DNA from: a virus
Taxonomy: Duplodnaviria > Caudoviricetes
Length of the DNA: 64,000 bases
Virus record (IMG/VR): IMGVR_UViG_3300023105_001349
Span: 15,518 to 79,517 of that record
Reading direction: 5' to 3' (one strand)
In this document: in pieces, positions 1 through 12,000 of the stretch
How the letters are laid out: the number at the start of each line of letters is the position of its first letter
How positions within the stretch are numbered: the stretch's first letter is position 1
Notes under the pieces: model-generated
What the model saw: only the letters and a program-made list of their open reading frames with translations
The model's database searches: none
Told to the model about the DNA's origin: nothing
Translations under genes and position numbers: made by a program

Positions 1-3000
1 GAATTTGATACTGAAGGATTTGATAGACTTCCGTATTCACAGGCTATTGGTTATCCTGCTAAAAAAGATTATATTACAATTAGTAGAACAAGTCAAGACG
101 GTAACTTATGGTCAAAGTATAATAGATGGTTCCATAAATCAGTTATTGAACAATCCGCGTCGATTAACAATCAGCCATCAGAACTTGATCAATCTCAACG
201 TGCAACAAGACCAATTATTGAATTTGAAGCAAACTTAAAACTGTTTGACTTTGGTACTAGAGTTAAATTAAATGTAGATCTAGTTGACGACTTTACTACA
301 GATGTGTTTAGTACAATTGAAGGATCTAAAGGTTATAATGTAGACGGCGTTGATCTTACAAATGGTATGCGAGTACTGTTTACAGCAGATCCTGACAGTT
401 TAGTAAACGGTAAGATTTACGAAGTTAAGTTTATTACAATTTTAAATGATAGACAAATAACACTACAAGAAACTGAAGATTCAGCTCCACAGCAATTTGA
501 AACTGTGTTATGTAAAGACGGTGATACCTATAAAGGTAAAATGTTATTTTACACAGGAACAAAGTGGAAACTAGCACAAGATAAAACAGATGTTAACCAA
601 GCACCGCTATTTGATTTGTTTGATAAAGACGGTTATAGTTTAAGCGACGAAACTGTTTATGATTCAAGTTCTTTTAAAGGAACTAAATTATTCTCGTATA
701 AAACAGGTACAGGAACAAACGATACTGAATTAGGATTTCCTTTATCATATAGAAGTATTGAGAACGTTGGTGACGTTACATTTAATTTTAATTTAATAAC
801 TGATTCTGTAGATTATGTTTTAGATACCGAAGAAACATCAATTTCAACATCTGTAGCATACTTAAGAAAGTATAATAGTTTAACAGATTTTAATCCAGTT
901 AACGGTTGGATCAAATCAGATAATCTTAGTAGTCAAGTTATAATTAGACAATTTGTTGTTGATAATACAAGAACAGTATATCCTATTGATGTATATAATC
1001 GCAGTGGTCTTTTAAATGACTTATGGGTTAAAGTTTTTGTAAACAATAAAGTATTATTTGAGGGTGTTGATTATACACTTTCTTCAAATAATGAAGATAT
1101 TTTAGAAATAACATTTACTACTGATCTAGAGTTAGATGATGTTATTCTTATAAAAACAAGATCAACAGCATTAAAAAATGACAACGGTTTTTATGAAATT
1201 GCAAATAGTTTAGAAAGAAACCCATTAAACAAGGACATGCAAGACTTTACCTTAGGTGAAGTTAATGATCATGTAGGAACAATTATTGATGAAATTGATA
1301 TGTTTAGTGGTGTATACCCTGGCATAAGCAACTTAAGAGATGCAGGTCCTATATCTCAGTTTGGTAAAAGATTTGTAAAACATAGCAGTCCAATTAACCT
1401 TGCTATGTATCATTTATTAAACAAGGAATCAAATCTTGTAAAATCATTAAAATATTCTCGCAGAGAATACGGTAAGTTTAAAAGAACTTTCTTGCAAACA
1501 GCACATGATTTAGGATTTAGTGGATCTGTTAAAAAACATGTTGATGCAATAATAAAAGAAATTAATAAAAACAAAACTTCTAAGATGCCATTCTATTTTA
1601 GTGATATGGTACCTGCAGGAGCATCAGTTGTTAATTCTGTAACAGTTGAAGACGTTGATAATCAATTTTTTGCATTGAGCAAAGTTTTTACACTTGAAAC
1701 ATTAAGTGATGCAGCAGTACAAGTTTATCAAAATGAAGTACAACTAATACACGGTAAGGATTACACTTTTAATGATCAAGGTTTTGTAATTATTACTACT
1801 ACAAAACAACGTGGTGATACAATTACAATTTACGAATACGAAACCACAAATGGAAGTTTTGTACCACCTACACCTACTAAATTAGGTTTATATCCAAAAT
1901 ACGAACCTACAATGTATGTAGATGACACGTACCTTGAACCACAAACAGTTATACAAGGACACGACGGAAGCATAATGATTGCTTTTGGAGATTTCCGTGA
2001 TGATTTAATTTTAGAATTAGAGAAGAGAATATTTAACAACATTAAAGTTCGCTACGATACAGATTTGTTTAACTTGTTTGATTTTATTCCTAGCGAAGGA
2101 AGAAATACAGTTTTAACTAAAGAGCAAATTGACGAAACAATGCTTAGTGATTTTGCTCAGTGGCTACAATTAGTAGATGAAGATTACACTGCTAATCCTG
2201 CATATGAAAGAACAAATACATTTACATTCAACCATCAAGGAATGTCAGATCCTAGCGGAAACAATGTAACTGGATATTGGAGAGCAGTTTACAAATGGGC
2301 ATACGACACTGATCGTCCTCATACACATCCATGGGAAATGTTAGGTTTTACAATTAAACCAACTTGGTGGGATGAGCAGTACGGCGAAGCACCGTACACT
2401 AGCAACAACTTGTTAATGTGGGAAGATATTGAAAGTGGTATTATTAGAATTCCTGATCAACCTGTAACAGTTAACGAGCAGTTTTTAAGACCATTTTTAA
2501 CAAGTCATTTACCAGTGGACGAAAGCGGTAATCTTGTAAGTCCTGTAATTAGTGGTTATATTAGAAATTACGATACTACTGAACTTGATTTTAATTTTGT
2601 CTACGGTGATCATGGTCCTGTCGAGAATGCTTGGAGACGTAGTTCAGAATATCCATTTGCATTACTTACTTCGCTGTTTATTAATCAGCCTAATTATGTA
2701 TTAGGTACAGCCTGGGATAGATCAAGACAGTCTAGAAATATTGCTGGGCAGTTAGTGTATAATGATCAAACGCAATTAAGATTAGATAACTTAGTATTTC
2801 CAAATAATGTTACAGATAAATCTAGAACATATACTAGCGGTCTAGTAAATTACATTTATGATTATATGGCATCTAGTGTATCAACTAGTTATAATTTATA
2901 TGTTGATTCTGTAAAATCTATTAATAACCAAATGGCATTTAAGATTGCAGGATTTACTAATAAAGATAAATTTAAATTAATTCTTGACAGTAGAACTCCA

Positions 3001-6000
3001 ACTAACCAAGGCAATGTTTTTGTTCCTGAAGAGAACTATCAGATATTCTTAAACACAAGTACACCTGTAACAACTATTGATTATAGTGGTGTTATTGTAG
3101 AGAAACAAGAATACGGTTTTGTTGTTAGAGGTTATAACGGACAACGTCCATATTTTTACTATCATAAACCATATGAAATTACAAACGACCCTTATATAAA
3201 CGTTGGCGGAATATCAGCAAACTTTTTATTATGGGATTCAAGAAAGGCATATACCCAAGATAGTATTGTTGAATATCAAAACAGTTATTACAGAGTTACA
3301 GAAGCACATACTAGCGGAACAGACTTTGATTCAACAAAATTTGCAAAGATTCCTAGCGTACCATTAACTGGTGGTAGAGATGCATTTTTTAGAACTTCAT
3401 TTGATAAGACACCTGTAAAAGTTCCTTACGGAACAGTGTATGAAACTATTCAAGAAGTAGTTGATTTTATTTTAGGTTATAGCGATTATCTTGTTGATCA
3501 AGGATTTGTTTTTGACTATTATGATACAAATGAACAATACGTTAGCGATTGGAAGACCAGTGCAAAAGAATTTATGTTCTGGACCACACAAAACTGGGGC
3601 GCCGGCGCAGTTATTACACTAAGTCCAGCAGCATCACAATTAAAATTTATTAGCGAATATGCTGTTGTAGATGATGTATTTGATACATTCTATGGCTACA
3701 GTTTGTTTAAAGCAGACGGTAAAAAATTAGAATCAGAGTTTGCAAGTTTAACTAGAGAGAATCCAGCAGAATTTATTTTAAGACCTAAGAATACTGAAGA
3801 CGGAATCTTTGCTGTACGTTTGGCATTAGTACAAAAAGAACATGCTGTATTAATTGATAATAAGACAGTGTTTAACGATATTATATTTGACCAAGAGCCT
3901 GGTTATAGACAAGAAAGAATTAAAGTATTAGGTTATAGAACAGGTGATTGGGACGGAAGTTTAAATATTCCAGGATTTATTTTTGATAATGCAAAAATAA
4001 CTGAATGGGAATCTTGGAAAGATTATGCAATTGGCGATCTTGTAAAATATAAAGAGTTTTATTATAGTGCAAGAAACAAAGTTCCAGGTGTAGAAGTATT
4101 TAATGATTCAGATTGGGTTAGACTAGACGAGAAGCCTTCAATGGGGTTAATACCTAACTTTGAATATAAGACTAATCAGTTTGCTGACTTTTACGATTTA
4201 GACACAGACAATTTTGATTTAGAACAACAAAAATTTGCACAGCATTTAATTGGTTATCAAAACCGCGACTATCTTGCTAACATTATTAATGACGATGTAA
4301 GTCAGTATAAGTTCTACCAAGGTATGATTCAAGACAAAGGTACTAAAAATGCATTAAGCAAATTGTTTGATGTATTAAGTAGTAGCGATAAAGATAGTTT
4401 AGAATTTTTTGAAGAATGGGCAGTTAAAGCAGGACAATATGGTGCTTCTGAAGGATTTGAAGAAGTTGAATATTTAATTGACGAAGCAAACATGCGTTTG
4501 TCGCCACAAACAATTGAACTTGTTAATAATACTACCGGTCAAGAAACAGATTTAGTTTATAGAATTAAACCTTTTGAGACTTATTTAAAACCAGCAGGAT
4601 ACAATCATGCTCCGTGGCCATCAAAGTATGTAGAAGATACGTATACAAAGAATAGTGGATTTGTAAATAGAGATGATGTAGATTTTGTTGTATCAACTTA
4701 TGACAGTATTTTAAATATTGATTATTCTACATGTAATTTTAACGATACTATTTGGGTAGGTAATGACGGATTAACTTGGAATGTTTACAGTCATATAAGA
4801 ACTGATTACATTGTTGAAGATGTAGAAGAAGGCGGCAAGTTAAATCTTAATACTACAGATATTGATATTTCTGTAGGCGACATTATTGGTGTTACTGAAA
4901 CTAACTTTGCAGAAGGATTTTATAAAGTTACAGAAATTTTAGGTAACACTGTTACTATTGATCGTACTACAGAAGCAACTGATACATCAATTAGTGGTAG
5001 AATTACTAAACTTGTTAATGTAAGAGTTTCAGATCTTGAAAGTGCAAACACATTAGTACAATCTATTCCAGAAGGAATTACTAAATTATGGGTTGACAAG
5101 TCTGTAAATGATAGATGGGCAGTAATTGAACAAGTTTCTTCTTTTGCAGAACACGATGTTGTTTCAAATGAAATTGGCGAGCAAGCCGCAAGTTATGGTA
5201 TTGCTGTTGCATCTAATAGTGCTAATAACGTTTTAGTAGTAGGTGCACCAGATGACGAAGATGGCAAAGTATATGTTTATACTAGAGCCGGTGGCGCAGG
5301 CAAGTTTAAATTATCAAATGTTATAGAACCTGATGATAATCAAGCAGACGACTTTGAAGGTTTTGGATCTTCGCTTGCATTAAGTGCTGACGGAAGATAT
5401 CTTGCAGTAGGATCTCCTAATGCATCAAATGTTAGAACTACTTTCTTAGGTGACTATGTATCTACACAAGATTATGCACAAGGTAGTATTGTAAAATATC
5501 AAAACAATCTTTGGAAAGCCTTAGTTGCAATTGAAGGGGCAGAAGCAAACATTCAATTTGGTAGCAACGATAGTGTTCCTGAGATTTTAACTTCTTTAGG
5601 ATTAACAGAATCTTTTGATGAGAAGATTCCTGTATTACTAACTGGTAATTATCCATTTACAAATATTAACAACGTTGATCATATTGTAGTTAAAGCACCT
5701 GCAGACATGTACGAAGGTTCGGGTGTAGGTGATACATTAAGACTAAAATGGAATCTAATAACAAATGCAAACCAAGATGTTGCAAAATATACAGAAGTAC
5801 AACCATTTGCGGGAGATATTGGTTTAATTAATAACAATTATCTAACTGGCAATTTTACTATTGCTGCAAAAATTGACAGCATACTTTATGTTCCAAGTTC
5901 AACTACAGTGCCCCTTGTAGGACAAGTTGTTGAAGTAGTTGGCGGATTTGGTAATGTTGAGTATGTATATGAGGACGAAGTTGAAGGCTCTGCAACAATT

Positions 6001-9000
6001 TATGTCTCAGGACAAAACGGTACATTTGGATTAAGCGGATCTTTAACAACTAGCATTGGTGAGTTTGTTGGTGAATACACAACTGTTGCTCCTGCAGAAA
6101 CTGTTAACAATTCAGAAGCATTCTGGGGTGGTTACTGGAAATTAGATTTAGGAACCACTTACAATGTAGGAACAATTAACTCTGACGAAGGCCGCGGTTT
6201 AGCATATGTTGACATTGTTCCTAATGGAACAGCAGATCCTAATAGAGATTGGTATTCAATTTTTGATACTAAACCGTCTGAGGCAATCGCAACAAACGCA
6301 GTTTACAGTAATAACAAATTGTTTAGTGAACTTACAAAATTATCATATGACGGCCAACCTGGACCAGGTGGCGTCATTGGAGAACAACTATCAAATCAGT
6401 TTGTACTAAGAGTTCCAAAAGGATTAAGCGATGTATTAAATGTAGTTGCTGCTGGTAATACTAATAATTCAACTGTTAATGTATTTTACAATCCAATGCC
6501 ACAGTGGGAATTATCTGAATGGGAACCAAACACTGTTTATAGAGCAGGTGACATTGTAAGATATGTTACTGCTGAATATGATAACATTTATTGGGAAGTA
6601 ACAGCAAGACATCAAAGTGCAACATCATTCTTGCAATTTGATACTTCTACAGAAGATCCAACTGATTTAATTTACGATATTGATTTTTACAGACCACTTG
6701 ATCAATTGCCATTTGACAATCCTGAAGATATTGGTCTAAACCTAAATGACATTAACAAAAAACATACTATCTATGATGTATGGGACGGCTACATTGATTT
6801 TGACATTACTAAAACGCTTAATGATGTACCAATTGAACCTAAAGCAGGTATTGAAGTTAGAGATGTAACTAACAGAGGTACTGCATTAGTTACACACTAT
6901 CAACGAACTGGTATTAGTAGTGGTAGAATTTACGTTAAGAATGTATCAGGCACATGGGCTGCTGGTGCGTTGTTTGGCGAGAACAGGGAAATTGAATTTT
7001 TAGCAGACGGCAGTGGAGATACGTTATACGATCCAGGTTCCGGAAGTCGTATTTTTGGTCAAATACAGTCACGAGCATTTGAATTACCAGCAGCTGGCAT
7101 TGGTAAAATGATTGTATTAACAAGATCTGCTGATATTCCTGTTACAGATGAACAAACAATTTTAGAAGGCGAATACTTTGTATACCAAGAAGAATTAGTT
7201 GATGGTATTGCTCGTCCTGCAAATATTCCATCTGAAGCCAATAATGATTGGCAAACAATGTTTAATTTACCAGTTACTGCTGGAACAACTGAAAGCGGTC
7301 TTACAAATGAAGGTTATTATACTGTTTATCAAAGAACAGGAGTAGGACAGTTTGCAAAATTAGGAGCATTTAGTTCTGCAGATAGACAAGACAATGCAAA
7401 ACTAGGTGCAGAATTATCTTTTGCAAAAATTAATGATTTATACAAACTATTCATTAAAGAAGAAGGCAATGGCACATTAACAAATAACGGTAGACTTTAT
7501 ATTGTAAACAACGGTACTGAAGGTGACTATCAGTATGGTTGGGAATTAAGTACTGACAAGAAATACAAAGGTGCTTATGATAATACAAGAAGTTATAGCG
7601 AAGATGATGTTGTATTTTTTAACAACAGATTGTATCAAGCAATTACTAATATGAGTGCTGGAGTATTTAATTCTAATAACTGGACAGAGATTGAAGACCC
7701 AAGAGATTATACAGGCTATATTCCTAATGATACAGGTTTAGCGTTATCAGGAAACACTTTACTTGATCAAACTGATATGCTTGAATTTGCTAAGAGCTTT
7801 GATATAAGTGCTAACGGCGAAGTGATTGTTGCAAGTGTAGTTAACGATACACAACCAAATTTAGTAGTTGTATATAGAAACTTAAACGGACTTTATTATA
7901 AGTCGCAAGAAATACAAGCACCTGATAATATAAATGGTTTTGGAGATAAAGTAAGTATTAGTCCAGACGGTACTCTTATTGCTGTATCAGAACCGTACAA
8001 TGATGCCTTAGGTACAGACACAGGTAAAGTTTATATTTACAAACAAGTTAGCGGATCATTTACGCTATCACAAGAATTACGTAGTCCCGACACTCAACGT
8101 GCAGAAATGTTTGGTATTGACATTGACTTTGATGGTAATACGTTAGTAGTGGGTTGTCGTCAAGGTGATGCGTTTGTTGAAACAACATTTGATCAGTTTG
8201 GCGACGGAACTACATTTGATAGTGAGTTTACTAAATTTAGAACTGTTAACGAAGATTCTGGTAATGTAAGAATTTTTGAAAGACTTGGTGATACACTAGT
8301 TTATGGACAAACTATTGATTTTGACGATAGTGGTGTAAGATTCTTTGGTAGAAATATTACATTAAATAATGGACACATTTATGCAGGCCTACCGTCATTA
8401 CAATATAGCGGTGCTAGACAAGGTACTGTTGTAGACTTCCGTAGAACTGAAGGCAGTATTTGGAATGAACTACGTGTTGGTAAAGAAACTGTTGATGTTG
8501 ATAAAATTAAACGTGTTATTATGTATGACACAAAAACTAATGAACTATTACAGTACTTAGATTATGTTGATGTATTACAAGGAAAAGTCCCTGGACCAGC
8601 AGAACAAGAACTTTCGTTTAAAACATATTACGATCCAGCAACATATTCATTTGCATCTAGCGGACAAAATTTAGATGTAACAAATGCCTGGGCGTCAGAG
8701 CAAGTTGGTAAACTATGGTGGGATTTAACAAATGCTAAATTTATTAATCCTTATCAAGATTCTGTAATTTACAGTGCAAATAACTGGAATAAATTATTCT
8801 CAACTACTAATTCAATTGATATTTACGAGTGGGTAGAGTCAAAATATTTGCCAAGTGAATGGGATGAAAAGTCTGGTACAGATAAAGGACTTGCCCAAGG
8901 CATTACTGGAACATCATTATACGGTGACGATGCATATTCTACTAAACGTGTTTATGACGAAGCAACAAGAACATTTAGTGTTTACTATTATTTCTGGGTT

Positions 9001-12000
9001 GCAAACAAATCAACTGTTCCTAGCATTGAAGGAAGAAGTTTAAGTGCAGTAAACATTAGAGATCTTATTGCAGATCCAGCAGCACAAGGATATCGATTTG
9101 TATCATTTATTAGTCCTACACAGTTTGCATTATATAACTGTGATAGTTTAGTTAAAGGAAACGACATTGCATTTAGTGTGCAGTATTGGACAATTGATAA
9201 TCAAACACAGAATATTCATAATCAATATCAAATTCTTAGTGAAGGACTTGCTTCGAGCAGACCAAGTACAGACATTGAAAGAAAATGGTTTGATAGTTTA
9301 ATTGGTTTTGACACACAAAATAGAAGTGTGCCTGCACCAGAACTTAGTGCAAAGGAAAAATACGGTATTTTAAACAAGCCACGTCAAGGTTGGTTTGTTA
9401 ATAGAATTGAAGCATTTAAACAAGTTGTAGATAGAATTAATAATGTTTTAGCAACTGAACTAATTGTTGACGAAAAGGATATATCAAATCTAACAAAGAA
9501 AGAGGCACAGCCATTACTAACATCAAATGTATACGATAGAACTGTTGATAGGTATAGTGATTTACAATTTGTTGGTGTTGCAAAAGCAAGACAAGCAGTT
9601 TTAACTCCAGTTATTACTGACGGTGTAATTACTCGAGTTGATATTACTGATACTGGTAGAGGTTATTTAAGACCTCCTACAGTTGAAATTTTTGGTGCAG
9701 GTAAAGATGCAGAAGTTAAAACAGAAATAGATGCACAAGGTAGAATTACTAATGTAACTGTTACTAAAGGCGGCAAGTATTATGATAGTAATACAAGACT
9801 AACAGTAAGAAAATATACTGTTCTTGTAATAGCAGACGAAACTATTGCTGACAGATGGTCGCTATATGAAAGAGATGTTGTAAACAGCACTTGGGTAAGA
9901 GTTGGAAGCCAAAGTTATAATGTAAACAATTATTGGTATTATCAAGATTGGTGGGAAGAAGGTTACAGTCAATTTACACAAATTGATCAAGTAATTGATT
10001 ATTCATACGAACTTGAAGGACTTGATAATGCATACGGTGACGTTGTAAAAATCAATAACGTTGGTTCTGGCGGTTGGCTATTACTAGAAAAAATTGATAC
10101 ACAAACTGGTGTTGATTATACTGTAAATTACAAAACTATTGGTAGACAAAATGGTACAATACAAATTGCAGAAGCATTGTACGATCCTACAAAAAATCTT
10201 GTAGGTTACGATACTACAAGTTTTGATATTAAACAGTTTGACGGTATTCCTAGCACTGAATCACGAATTGTATTAGAAACAATTAGAGATAAGTTATTTA
10301 CAGATGACTTAGCAGTTGAATATAATAAGTTGTTCTTTGCAAGTTTACGTTATGTGTTTGCAGAACAAAGTTATGTAGACTGGGCATTTAAAACATCGTT
10401 TATAAAAGCAAAACACAATGTTGGCGAATTAACACAGAAACTTAATTTCCAAAATGATAACTTACCGTCATATGAGGAATATATTAAAGAAGTTAAACCT
10501 TACAAGTCTAAAATTAGAGAATATTTAAGTAGTTATGAAAATACTGATAATTCTCAGTCAATGATTTCGGACTTTGATTTACCTCCTAGATATATTGAAA
10601 ACTCAGACGAAATAACTCCGCAACGTATTAAAGTAATTGATAGTCAGTTAGTTAATACTGATGCAAATATTGATGTTTATCCTTATAAAAACTGGGCAGA
10701 CAATGCAGGGTTTGAAGTTTCTCATATTAACATCGCAGACGCCGGTTCAGGATACACTAATGCACCTCAAGTAATTATTAGCGGTGGCGGTGGATCAGGT
10801 GCTAAAGCAGTAGCATCTATTGGTACAGGCGGTAAAGTTACTAGTATAACAGTAACTAATCCAGGGTCAGGATATTTGTCGGCACCGAGAATTAGTTTTA
10901 ACGGCAGTATCACTGCTGGAGGATCTGAAGTAAAGGCAAATGCAGTTATTAACAATACTGTTGTTAGAACATTAACAACTGCAATTAAGTTTGACAGAGT
11001 ATCTGGAACATACGAATTTATTGATCTTGCAACGACTGAAGAATTTGCAGGCACCGGTAATAAAAACGTGTTTAATTTGTTATGGCCAATGAACTTAAGA
11101 ACTGACAAAGTTACAGTTTATGTTGACGGTGATGAAGTACTTGGCGGAAACTACACATACGAAAATGTTCTTGATCAAACAAAGGGATATGATAGATATT
11201 ATGGTAGAATTACATTTACTGATTCTCCAATAAGCGGAACTAACATTGTTGTAGAATATTCAAAAGATATTGCATTATTAAATGCACAGGATAGAATTAA
11301 TCTTGCGTATGCACCTACAACAGAGCAGTTTGGTAAAACACTAGGTCAGTTAATGGATGGTGTTGACTATGGCGGCGTACAAGTTAGAGGATTTGAGTTT
11401 GGTGGACAAAATGGTTGGGACACTGGAAACTGGATGGACGATGCCTGGGACGTATTTGATACAACATATGAAGATTATGTTGTAACACTTGACGGATCAA
11501 CTAATGAATTTAACTTAATAGATAGTTTAGGAGAACCTAAGCCATTAGAAGATGGAATCACTTATAACGTTTATAAAAACGGAGTACGAATTGACGATCC
11601 TAATTACGGAACACCGGATCAAACAAACGACAATGCATTAATGTTACCTATTGTAGGCGATGGCGTACAAACAACTATTAACATTAATGACTATGATATT
11701 ACTGGTAATGATGGCGACACATTTATTATTAGAAAAATTACTTCAGACGGTGCATTCCTTCCTGATCCTGATGTATATGATACTGCACTAGAAGGCGGCA
11801 ATTTACAATATCAAACTGCTACAGGTTTAAGATCAGAAGATATTACTGTAGACGGTGACGGATTTGTAACACATACTACATCAAAAGGTCCAGAAGAAGT
11901 TGTACCAGGACAAGTCCTTGACACTCTTGATATTACAGTTTACGAAAGACCTACTGTAGGATCTTCACAAATAGAATCAAGAAACTATATTGGCAATGGT

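Noticed and set aside
5-238. 77-aa ORF at the window start
   Set aside because: It lies in an alternative frame over the open frame-1 continuation of the giant structural protein.
304-306. ORF-track start of the giant protein
   Set aside because: It is an internal GTG (Val) with no upstream stop in frame. The gene begins before the window.
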